This document shows positions 13,889 through 64,000 of a stretch of 64,000 nucleotides of DNA, one piece after another (within the stretch, counting starts at the first letter, position 1; each line of letters opens with the position of its first letter). The stretch covers positions 4,214,159 through 4,278,158 of the forward strand of contig CAVNZM010000010.1 in assembly GCA_963693365.1 (NCBI GenBank), written 5' to 3'. The position numbers were made by a program, and so were the translations under genes. The stretch comes from Amoebidium appalachense. Its lineage: Eukaryota > Protista > Ichthyosporea. Under the pieces are notes generated by a model that worked only from the letters and a program-made list of their open reading frames with translations, was not told the origin of the DNA and did no database searches.

Positions 13889-14769
13889 ATGCTTACCCCA
13901 ATGCTTGCCGACGAGGGTGCTAGGAGCGCCAGACTTCTCTACCATTCATCCATAGTTTCGCAGCAAAACGTTAACGTTGTTTTCTACGGAGAGGATGCCA
14001 AGTCGAAGCCAAGACGCCGCCAAGCCGAGCTTCAAGGCAAAACCGCTGTAACTTCAAGTGTGAGTAAAGGATCAAGTGAAGAAAAGAAAAGCAGAACCAC
14101 AAAGGGAAAGAATAACAATGAGGAAAACACAACAAGTAGCACAGACAGGCGCGTGTTCGACCTTGACTCAAGTGAAAACGAGCACTCTACATCCGAAGCA
14201 GCAGCAAACACATATTCCCCACTCCATTCGGCAGCATGCAGGGGTTTGAGCTGGGCTGTTAGCACGCAGCTTGCACTCGGAGCGGATCCAAACTGGCAAA
14301 ACGAAAAGGGAGAGAGTGCCCTTCACGTTGCTGCCAAGAGAGGGTTTCGTGGCCCTGTGAGGAGCCTGCTGTCATATGGAGCAGCCATCAACTTGGTCAA
14401 TGTGCAGAGGAGGACGGCACTGCACCTGGCTGCTGCTAATGGGAAAGAGAAGGTATGCATAGACTTGCGACATATCGATATGTGTGTGTGTGTCTGGGGG
14501 GTGGGGGGGGGGGGGGGGGGGGTATGTATTACCGGATTACATAGCCATATATCATGATGATGGTGGTGGTCCAAAGGCAAATTGTGGAGGAAGTGTGATT
14601 CACGTGAGGCCTTGATAATGTTTGATGTGCTTGACGGCATGCTATCACAATTCCAGAAAACGATACAAAGTGTGCAAGCAAACACGGTGAGAATGAACTC
14701 TGCAAATTATGATTTACATTTAGAAAATACAAACATACACACCCACACACCATGACACACACACACCGT

Positions 14770-14811
<42 letters not shown>

Positions 14812-15066
14812 ACACACACACACACACACACACACAGACCCACACGCACACGCACACGCACACGCACACGCACACGCACACGCACACGCACACGCACACA
14901 CACACACACACACACACAAGCACAAGCTTACACACACACACACTTAGCCGTATATATTGCGTATATATTGGTGGGTACTCGACACACGCACACATACACA
15001 CACATACACACACATACATACGTGCTCGTGCACACACACGCGCGCGCGAGCGTGCATGCGGCACAA

Positions 15067-15098
<32 letters not shown>

Positions 15099-15383
15099 AC
15101 TCACTCACACACTCACTCACACAAATAGGCACACACGTTACACATTACGGTGCCACGTGTGCACGTGATCACACACACACACCATAACACACGCACACAC
15201 ACAAATTTACACACACAGATACAGACACAGTCGACAGGCAATCACATACAACCTCATACGCGCACACACGCACATATCACGCACAGAGCACACATTCACA
15301 CACGCGCGCACACAACAGTGTCCCACACACTCAACCATGTGGCACAGTGCAGCACACAGCCGCTGGACACACTCAACAACGAC

Positions 15384-15447
<64 letters not shown>

Positions 15448-16279
15448 TATACAGACCTGCCACAAAAATACACACACATACACACACACAATTCCGGCGT
15501 TCCACCATCACACAGGCATGGGCACAGACACACACACGCCTTATCTAAATGATTACACGCACGCACACTCACTCACCCGCCCATTCCACTCCATACTCCC
15601 TCCCCCCACCCCACCCCACCCCCTACCACCCCCTACCACCACCACCCACCATTCAGGTCGCAGAGTATCTTCTGAGCCAGGGGGCCAAACCGCACATTCT
15701 CGATCAGGGCGGTAACACCGCACTCTCCCTCGCCATCCAAAATGGTCACTCATCCACCATCGAAACGCTCCTCACAAACGGGTGCGAAAAAGAACTTGAT
15801 GGAAACAACGGGCTTCTTCTTCTTGACAAAGCAGTTTCCCGTAATCACGGTGCAGTTGTACGACTACTACTCAAAATGACAGGAAGACAGATGGTTCTTT
15901 CAGCTCTTCCAACCGGTGGCACGGTGTTTCACACGGCGGCGAAACACGCAGACACAGAGGTGATGGGGATACTCTTGGGGTATTTGACGGATGTTGGGAA
16001 GGTTGAGAGCGCACGTACAGGAAAGGGGGATACGCCTTTGCATGTGAGTGCTAGTCTGGGTAATGCGGACACTGCGCGACTTCTGCTTGCTTATGGCTTT
16101 GACGGGGATGCTACCAACTACGAGGTGAGAGTTGCATCGTAGTCTCTGGACGTAACGCACACAAACCGAGTGGTATCTGCAAACAAACATACATGCACAC
16201 ACCCCAAGCGCACACAAAAGCACACACACACACACACCTAAGCAATAACTTTCTTGACATGTCCTCACTCCCCGCCCCC

Positions 16280-16314
<35 letters not shown>

Positions 16315-16548
16315 ACTGCCACCAAAATAACTCCATCCATGTTCTTCCCTCGTCCATTCTCCCATTCCCAAGGCCCCACTCTACTTTCAAACCCACCCAT
16401 TCCCCCCCTCTGCCCCCCTCCCCCTCCCCCCCCTCCCCCCTCCGGGACCCCCTTTTCGCCCCCTCTGCTGGGCTCCTTCTGGCCTGAGTTTTCGGGACTC
16501 CTTGCCATTCAAAATCTCTCATTTCCCAACCCCGACGTTTCATTGTTT

Positions 16549-16584
<36 letters not shown>

Positions 16585-16626
16585 CCCTACTTTACTCCTT
16601 TTGAGGCATACACCTGGTATTTAGTT

Positions 16627-16660
<34 letters not shown>

Positions 16661-17333
16661 ACCACCACCACCACCACACACACACCAAAAAAAAAATGAA
16701 AGAAAAAGAAAACAGCAAGATGTATTGCACAAAGGGCTGATAACAAGGGTGAAAACAGACAAGAATTTACCTAGGCAAGAAAGGGAGAAGACACTCACGT
16801 TCACCACCACCAAACCAACACACACACAGGGAGAGTCGCCCCTCCACCATGCCGCCGCAGCAAACCGAATCGAAGTTGCCGTTCTCCTCCTTGTCGCACA
16901 CGGCACGAACCCCAACCAACTTTCAAACATGCGCCGAACCCCACTTCACTACGCCGCCGCCGCCGGACACGTCGACATTGTTTCGCTGCTTAAAGCACAC
17001 GGCGCGTCTGTGTACCTTAGCGACATGACGGGCCGTCTTCCCCTTCACTACGCGGTGGCGGGGGGGAAACCGGAGGTTGTGAGTGCGCTTGCAGAGGATA
17101 AATTGGAAGGTACAGCAACGAGGGATAATGGCGGGCAGACGCCTCTTGATATGGCGAGATTGGCGGGAATGCGTGAAATTTCGGACATTCTAATGGGTGT
17201 GGCGAGGATTGGGCTGGGGAGTTGCGCAAAAATGAACGAAATTGCGGCTGATTGGGAAGACGAGTATCTAGATGAGGAAAAGGTGGTGGTGGGTAAGGGT
17301 AGGGTTGGTGGGCGGGGGGTGAAGGGGGATTAA
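13889..17333 (+). CDS. Ankyrin-repeat protein, ~511 aa, 3 exons
   Basis: Exons 13889-14452, 15657-16124, 16830-17333, all phase 0 and GT-AG. Repeated ANK motifs: GESALHVAA, RTALHLAA, GNTALSLA, GDTPLHVSA, GESPLHHAA, RTPLHYAA, GRLPLHYAV, GQTPLDMA. Start codon uncertain (13889 or 13901). Confidence 0.85.
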
Positions 17334-18000
17334 AGCACTGCCAAAGGCAGTGTAATAATCGGACGTGGGACAAATATGGTAGTGGTTGCCTAATTATAAT
17401 TAGGAAAGCTATGGCAGCTTTCACCCTTGTTACACAAGTTATCTAGATAGCTTTTACCAGGACATGGATTGCTTGTCTACAGCAAAATGAACCGAGCCGG
17501 TAGTTTTGCTCTGTTCACTTTCGTTCATACCTGATCGAAAAACCTGCAGAATTTGGAAACACAGCAAACAATGCTTTCAAAGCAGGATTGGCATAATCAA
17601 GGCAAGGCCTCTAGGGAAACATGTAAGGAGTTAAATAGTAGGAGTCAATAATTTCATAAGTATACAACTAATTTCTTGGGTTTATTTCCGGGCTCGGTTA
17701 TCTCCTGGATCTGTCGCGCCTTTTCAGTCCGGGCGTGTGCTGTCCAGCTTGAAGAGAGTGACTAAACGAGTTTACAAGTACTGTACAGTACTTCGAGCCC
17801 ACTCGTTTACAAGTACCTCGAGCCCCCTCCCCCCCCTCCCCCCTCCCCCCCCACCCCCCTCCCCCCCCCCCCCGCACGCACACACACAAACACACACACA
17901 CACCCACACCACCACCACCACCACCACCACCACCACCACCACCACACAGGGCGCCGCAGTGGGTGGGTAGGGTATGTGTGTGTATGTGTGACGTGTGTGT

Positions 18001-18031
<31 letters not shown>

Positions 18032-18215
18032 GGGTAGGAGAGACAGGGGGAGGGAGGGAGTGAGAGAAGGAGAGGGATAGAAGGGATCTTCCCCCCTCTC
18101 CCCCCTCCCCCCCCCCCCCCCCTTCCCCCACCTCCCTGGGTCCCCGCTACTCCCAATCCAGAATGATCAATTGTCAAGTTTCATAGAGATCAGTGAATGA
18201 TGTAAAAAAACGTGT

Positions 18216-18251
<36 letters not shown>

Positions 18252-18482
18252 AACGTTTTACCAAAAAAAGTGTTTGTGATCACGAGCCGCGTGTGTGAGT
18301 GAGTGCACGGAAGTCACCAGCGGGGTGTCTGTATCATGGTAACCGTTGTGGGTGTGTGCAAGTTTGTGGTGTATGCCCTGTGGGTATTGTGATACGGTGT
18401 GTGTGTGTGTGTGCGTGTGCGTGTGTGTGGGCGTGCGTGTGAAGTGCTGTACAAGCAGCAGCGCCGGCGGGAGGGGGGAGGT

Positions 18483-18520
<38 letters not shown>

Positions 18521-19506
18521 GCTTTGTTGCTGCAAGCATGAATGCGAACACTTGGGGTTTATTGAGATGCATACCATGAGCAACTGCAAAACCCTGTGGG
18601 TCTTTATGTGCAACTTTACCGCCAAGTTTTTGTTGGCCTTTATATTTTAATTTTGTTTATGTAGTTTTTTTATTTTAAATTTTCTATTTTTTTTTAACTT
18701 ATGTGCAGTTCATACCAGGCACTTCACCCGGGCATACTTTGAGGTCCTGATGACTAGTCACACAGAGTTAATGTAGTGTGACTTAGTATCTATACTACTT
18801 CGTGTACGGTCAGATGCCTATATACTAACGTCATAAATTTTCGTTGCATATTCATTAACTTTATCCGATTCCTATTCAATAGACTTAGAATAACACTGAG
18901 CAAGAAAAGGGAATGGGTTATGTAACTAGAAATAACAAGAGCGGAATATAAACGACTACAATTTAATTTGATTTCCACGGACACGGGAACACACACACAA
19001 AAAACACACAACCATAACCCTACTAGGCCGTAAAAATGCCGTTTTATACTGGGAATTTGAGTGATGACCAACATTCAGATGGTACACTCTTGTGTGTGGA
19101 TATCCATTTGTATGTGTGTGTGAGTAGTTCTGTGTTGGTGTTGTGTGTAATTATCCATTTGTATGTGTGAGTGAGTAGTTCTGTGTTGGTGTGCACAGCA
19201 AGTAGACACCTGGAGTAAACATGAGCGCGCAATCAAATTCAGCCCGCTTATACAGCAGAAAGATGAACATGTGGCTATTTTATCGTGTACATGTAGGGAA
19301 GGGCAAAAAAGTGTGTGTGTGTTTGTGTGTGGGTGTGTGTGTGTGTGTGTGTACGCGCGCGCGTGCGAGCATGCACGTGTCTGCCTGGCAGGGGAGGAGA
19401 GACACAAACGTGTGGGGAAAAAAAGGGGGGGGGGGGGATGTAGGGCAGAAATCCATGTTTCCAGGAATCACAAATACCAGGTCGGTCACCCGAAATCAGG
19501 AAGTAG

Positions 19507-19610
19507 GTTCACGATGCCCTAGATACTCAAAAATACAAGTGATGGGGTGGTATGTGGAGGCAGTAAACCCGGTGGAAATTGGATATGAGGATACCTGGAT
19601 ATCTGACACG
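19507..19610 (+). pseudogene. Frameshifted inverted duplicate of part of the minus-strand gene's 20181-19834 exon
   Basis: Plus strand reads VHDALD..(fs)VMGWYVEAVNPVE(fs)LDMRIPGYLT versus minus strand VHDVLNRKVLGWNVEVLDTELLDPRIPGYMT. 20 of 21 nt match between gaggatacctggatatctgac and the reverse complement of 19934-19954. Confidence 0.6.
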
Positions 19611-19833
19611 AACAACTCAGAAATTCAGAACGCCGATTGTGAAAGTTGACACAGCTCACAAAAATTCCTGCATGACTACGAACCCTGACTACATCGATAC
19701 TTCAATTACACCATTCCAAAGTATTAAAATAGAAGTATTCCAGACATTTACCGAGATATAATCCTGCCCCTCTGCAAGATGAAGCGGTAAGAAGAAAGAA
19801 AAAGAAATTCCGAAAAAAATGTACATCGATGCG

Positions 19834-20637
19834 CTAAACGTTCACCTTGAGAAGAAAGAAAAACAAAATCCCAAAAAAGATAGTGTACAGGTATGCCGGG
19901 ATATAATCCTGCTCCTCCGCAAGATCGAAAGCAGTCATATATCCAGGTATCCTCGGGTCCAATAACTCGGTATCCAATACCTCCACGTTCCACCCCAACA
20001 CCTTCCTATTTAGGACATCGTGGACATAACTTTCCGCCATTTCAGCCACCTTATCCCCTCCCTCCGATTTGACTATTTCCCACCTCCTCACGCCTTTGTT
20101 TTCGTTCGTCTTGCGCGATTTCATGTGGATCCCTTTGTCGTTTTCGAAATCGAGCGAACGGCGGTCGGCGTGCCCCAGGGCCTGCGGGAAAAACGGCTCA
20201 AGTTAGAAAGGACATCGACACAAGGGGTAATGAAACACACGCATCCACACACTAAACCCGCTAACTAGACTTCAACAACCCAATCCCTCCAATCTACTGA
20301 ACTTAAGCGCGTGAGCAACTTCCAACATAAGAATGTGCCGTTTGGCTTCGCTTGCCTCCCGTGGGGAAACAACTGCACACACCACCTAGGAGAAACTGCC
20401 CACACACTCGATTCAATAACACTCATCGTGTCGGCCTTGATTTGCGTGCATGCTCGTACGTGGTTGTGCAAGAGCATGTGTGTGTTTGTGTACCCATGCT
20501 CCCGTGCACACCATTTCAACAGGTGCTGTAAACATGCTTATTTGTGCCTCCGTGTTTGCTTACATGTGTGCACGTGTGTACGTGTGTGCGCGGGTACTCA
20601 CTCACTCACTCTCTCTCTCTTTCTCTCTGTCCCTCTT

Positions 20638-20669
<32 letters not shown>

Positions 20670-20824
20670 CGCGCGCGGAATGTGTGTGCGTATGTGTGTG
20701 TGAGTATACCTGCTCACCTTCCACACTGTCTCCTCACACCCTTTGATGGTCATCTTGCCTTCAGCATCCCTAAGGTAAACACAGTTGACACCGTAGAAGG
20801 GGTTCGGAAACACACCGAGGTAGT

Positions 20825-20871
<47 letters not shown>

Positions 20872-22344
20872 CGCGTGCACTTATGTGTTGGACCAAATAA
20901 TTGTGGATCTCCGTACTCGGTGAGTATTGAAAATGGTCCCCCCCTACCCCCCCCCCCCCACACCAACCCTACCCCCGAGGCGAGAATATGAGAATGCTAA
21001 TAATGGGTTTTCAACCTCTTGTTTTAACCCCCCCCCCCCCCCCCCCCCCCTCCCCCCCCCACCCCCCCACCCCCTCTTTTCCGTTCTGTCCCTTTCCGAG
21101 TCCCCAAAAGATACACAGGAGAACAAACATACCTCACATCGATCCAAATCTATCGCTTGCACATAAGTTGGCCCCGCCCCCCGCCCTCGTCCCAATACGA
21201 GAAAGATAAGCGGGGAGAGAGAACGAGAAAAGAGGGCATGGGAGGGGGACCGGAGGGGACGGGGGCCCCGGAGGGGAAGGGGGGGGGGGGGGGGGCTGAG
21301 GAGGAGGGCAGATGGAAGGGATGAATATGAAGAGGTGGGGAAAGTCTAATGTTGTAATACAGGGCACAAGGGTAAATGAAGCACAGGTCATAAAGGCCCT
21401 CTGTAACTAAGGTGACACGGGGAGAAATGTACTTTAAGCTCGTACACACAAGACCGAGAAGCCACATTCCCTGCCAGGAAGATGGGGAAAGAGAGGAAGG
21501 GAAGGAAGTTGAGTAAAGGAGGGAGGGAGGGAGGGAGGGAGGAAGGGAGGGAAGGAAGGAGCAGGCCGGGGAGGGAGTGAAGGGGGAAGGAGAGAGAAGG
21601 AGAGGGAGAGAGGAGTGGAGGAAGAGGGAGAGAGGGGGGAGGGGAGGGAGGTGAGAGATAGGCAGGGAATGAGTGAGAGGGAAGGGCGGAGGGAGAGAGG
21701 GCGGGAAGGAATGAGGGAAGAAGGAGGGAGGGAGGGAGGGAGGGAGAGCCGACTCACTTCCAGAAGCCAACCCACAGCTGTCCCCTGTATCTCTCCTTGT
21801 CATCATAGAAGCACATTTCATCCCAGAACAGACGATACACAGGGTTACTTTGCCAAAAATCGCCCAAATAGGTGTCGCCAGCATACACCTCAAAACTCAC
21901 GGAAAGATCAAGCAACGTGCGCTCCCACGGTTTTTGCTTGATCTTATAGAAACGTGAAAACCCACTTGGGCCGACCCTTGTCGCTGATGCATCTAACCTC
22001 GATGGGATGCCTTCTTCTCTTTGTGTTTGCGCTGGTTGGGATGCTAATGAATGTCTTAAATCTGTCAGAGATGCGTTTAGCTGCAAAACGGTATCTTTCA
22101 GAGTGGTTACTTCCGCTTTCAACTCGTTAATCTGAGCCTGAAGGCCAGAAACTTCTTGATTGCTGGCAGGAGTATGGGAGGTCGTGTGTTTTTCTGCATC
22201 TTGCAAGATTTCCTTGGAGTCGATCTTGTTCCCGTTTTCCTTCACACCGTCTCTTAGCTGCTCATCCCCATCTGAAGCTGCAATTGCCGATGCAGTCATG
22301 CATGCTACACACAACAACAAAGACATGCATTTGACGATGCCCAT
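19834..22344 (-). CDS. Uncharacterised secreted or membrane protein (signal peptide, coiled coil, Trp/Tyr/Cys-rich region); downstream exon structure uncertain and may extend to ~17700
   Basis: Exon 1 22344-21758 (MGIVKCMSLLLCVACMTASAIAA..., heptads LQAQINELKAEVTTLKDTVLQLNASLTDL) ends at a strong GTGAGT donor. Probable later exons: ~20826-20718 (YYLGVFPNPFYGVNCVYLRD...), ~20426-20300, 20181-19834 (ALGHADRR...LDPRIPGYMT...). No family recognised. Confidence 0.5.
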
Positions 22345-23056
22345 CTTTGCTAAAACCTTGAACCTTTTGGTTGCTGCATGCAATGTCTTTATTACCTGCA
22401 GGTCAAGATCTTGTGTGTCTCGCACCGTGATTGTGGTAGAAGCAGCTTTTTCACGCCTAACAGCCAAAGTCAGCTAGCTACGTGTTGCAAGCATACGTGG
22501 GCCAACACAAAGATACGGGTTGCTCCAAGCCAAGAACAAACATCAGTAAACAACACAATGGTGACTACCTAATTATAGTCTAGAGGAAAATGAGGTGTGA
22601 CTGCAGCTGCCGCGACGGGGCGGCTACATAGAATAAACTTCCCGCACGGTGAATTTTTCATTAGTTCAAAAGAGTATACTCCAAAATGAATATCTACGGA
22701 TGGTGGGGTTCATTTCTGCCGAATGAACCCATCAAAATGATGTCAGAGAGAGCGAACTACCAGGTTGGACTAAAAAAAAATTGAGTGAGTCAGCAATCAC
22801 CACTTCTTTCACTTCACGTTTGGAGAGTGGGTGAGCTGAAGTAGGTCCAACACTCGTTTGGGAGAGTAATTAACACGAAAGGATGCTCTAGAAGTCTCAG
22901 GTATGAAATGATATCAGTTTTGGTGCTTCTAATCTAGCTTTAATACGGGTCGTGTATGGGTTGTGATTATTCCGTGCGCGAAGGAATTCAAGGTCTACTG
23001 ACGGCGAATTACGCCACCCATACACGAAACATCGATTATAGACTGTTGCGGACAGG
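22345..23056. promoter_or_regulatory. Putative bidirectional promoter and 5' UTR interval between divergent genes
   Basis: About 710 bp of microsatellite-free sequence between the minus-strand ATG (22344) and the inferred FAD synthase ATG (23057). Positional inference only. Confidence 0.4.
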
Positions 23057-32575
<9,519 letters not shown>

Positions 32576-33539
32576 TCCTCAACTTTTTCTTTTAGCAAGA
32601 AAGGCTGTTGTTCCACTGCACACACACCCGTATATATACATGTTTACATACATTCACACACACACACATGTGTACACACACACACACACACAAACGACAT
32701 GGTATCGTTTTTTGGGGGCAGACCTAGTTTTCCAGTTTTTTTTTTTGTCTTCTTTCGAAGGATAGTTTGTTTGGAATAATGGGTCAATTTGCAGTGGTTT
32801 GCCTAAAAGACGAAGGTGTTCTGGCAGGCTGGCCATGTGAGATGGTGTGTTCTGAATGTTGTGTTGTATTACACTGACTTAGCGGGCATTTCTTGTAACA
32901 GTTGCTCTTTTTGTTAACGATGGGAAGTAGCTAGGCATTTAGGCATATGCTATCACTTGCTCGTTGGTTGGTGCGTGCTGCTGTTGGAAACATCTGTTGT
33001 AGTAAATGTCTGTACACCTTTTTTCTTTCTTTCTTTCTTTCTTTCTTCTTTCTTTTTTTCTTTTTTTCTTTCTTTTTTTTCTTTTGTGTGTGTGTATGTG
33101 CACGTGTTGTGTGTGTGTGTGTGTGTGGGTGGGTGGGTGGGTGGGTGTGGGTGGGTGGGGGGAAGAAGGGTGGGTGGGTGGGGGGGGGGGGGGGGGGGGG
33201 GGGAATGTTTTTTAAAGATTTTTAAAGCTTTACGAAACTAAGTTTGTGCAGTTATTGTTGATGGATAACCGTGGCCCCGCTGTGAGCCGGCCTAAGTTCC
33301 GTACGTAGGTGAACGTGTTACTACTGCACGTGTGATATAAAGTGAAAAGAAAACATATTTCTTGATCTGAGTTAGGAAACCCGCAGAATACATTAAGAAG
33401 TTACAGAATACACCAAGAATACAGCTTTTTTCAAATTTGGGTGTGTGACTTTGTCTCACTCGCCACGGGACCGGCACACGGCCTGAAGGCTTTCCTTTCC
33501 ATCCAAAACCCGGGTCTCTCCCCCCCCCCCCCCCCCCCC

Positions 33540-33571
<32 letters not shown>

Positions 33572-34080
33572 ACCCTCCCACCCCGAGCCTTTCTCCGAAT
33601 CCGAATCCGTTCCTAACGCCTCCCCAATATTGCCCCACATCCCTAGGCCTACATACTGCCTCTCCTCTCCTTTTGCCTCATCATCTCGTCCGACGCCGGC
33701 AGCGTCTGGCGCCTAGCTGCCGGCGCCCCAGCTTGCCCCGGGGAGCTGGCGGGATAATTACATAAAAATGCATATCCCATTATTTATCCCATGACGAGAT
33801 ATTCTATGTTACGGTCCGCTGTGGGCCGGCCGGGTCCTACTCAGTCACAAGCCTTGGCACACAGTCTCACCTGGCATGCATGGTGATCCCCAAATTCAGA
33901 GCGTCTAAGCCAGAGCGTCTAGATTTGGAAGTTGCCATGTTAGAAAACTGTTATGGTCTATAGTCTTCTCTGTTCGAAGCATATTCAAGTCCAATACACG
34001 TGCCATCGTGGTCGAGATCCATTCCCACGTGCACACACGCATGTTCTTAGTACCAGGAAGTTGGGAGTGAGCCAGGAAAG

Positions 34081-63668
<29,588 letters not shown>

Positions 63669-63704
63669 GTAACCCCCCCCCCCCCCCCCCCCCCCGTGTC
63701 TCCC

Positions 63705-63802
<98 letters not shown>

Positions 63803-63893
63803 CCTCCCCCCCACACACACACACACAGACACATGCCCTGTCCCTGATCCTGGTTGTTTTTGAAAGTCTTTTTTAATCGTTATCATCCAGTAA

Positions 63894-63939
<46 letters not shown>

Positions 63940-64000
63940 ACCACCACCACCACCATCCCTCTCCCCTGCAGCCCCCTCTGCTTTGTCAACTCGAGAACAG

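Overview
Eukaryotic, very intron-rich genomic DNA. Introns are packed with poly-C/poly-G runs and (CA)n, (GT)n, (GA)n and (GCGT)n microsatellites, so almost all ORFs in the supplied track are low-complexity artefacts. The gene content suggests a unicellular opisthokont or holozoan, but that is inference only. I assembled four plus-strand genes by hand with consistent splice phases: (1) a secreted proteinase-K-type S8 subtilase fused to 25 Notch-like EGF repeats (3989-12225, 8 exons, ~1548 aa); (2) an ankyrin-repeat protein (13889-17333); (3) a stand-alone FAD synthase (23057-32575); (4) a DHX57/YLR419W-like DEAH helicase (34081 to beyond 64000, 39 exons seen). A poorly resolved minus-strand gene for a secreted or membrane protein starts at 22344. 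Mobile DNA includes a degenerate Penelope-like (Naiad/Chlamys-type) RT, at least 10 short 5'-truncated repeats that end in poly-C (the longer copies carry hammerhead-like GAAA/CTGANGA boxes), and three MITEs. Four signals stand out. About half of the 5' splice sites are followed by sense-strand poly-C, and many 3' splice sites have (CA)n instead of a polypyrimidine tract. Retroelements appear to insert into those poly-C tracts. 3' splice sites are repeatedly duplicated in tandem, with only the last copy usable. The subtilase-EGF fusion carries dense Notch-type O-glycosylation consensus sites.
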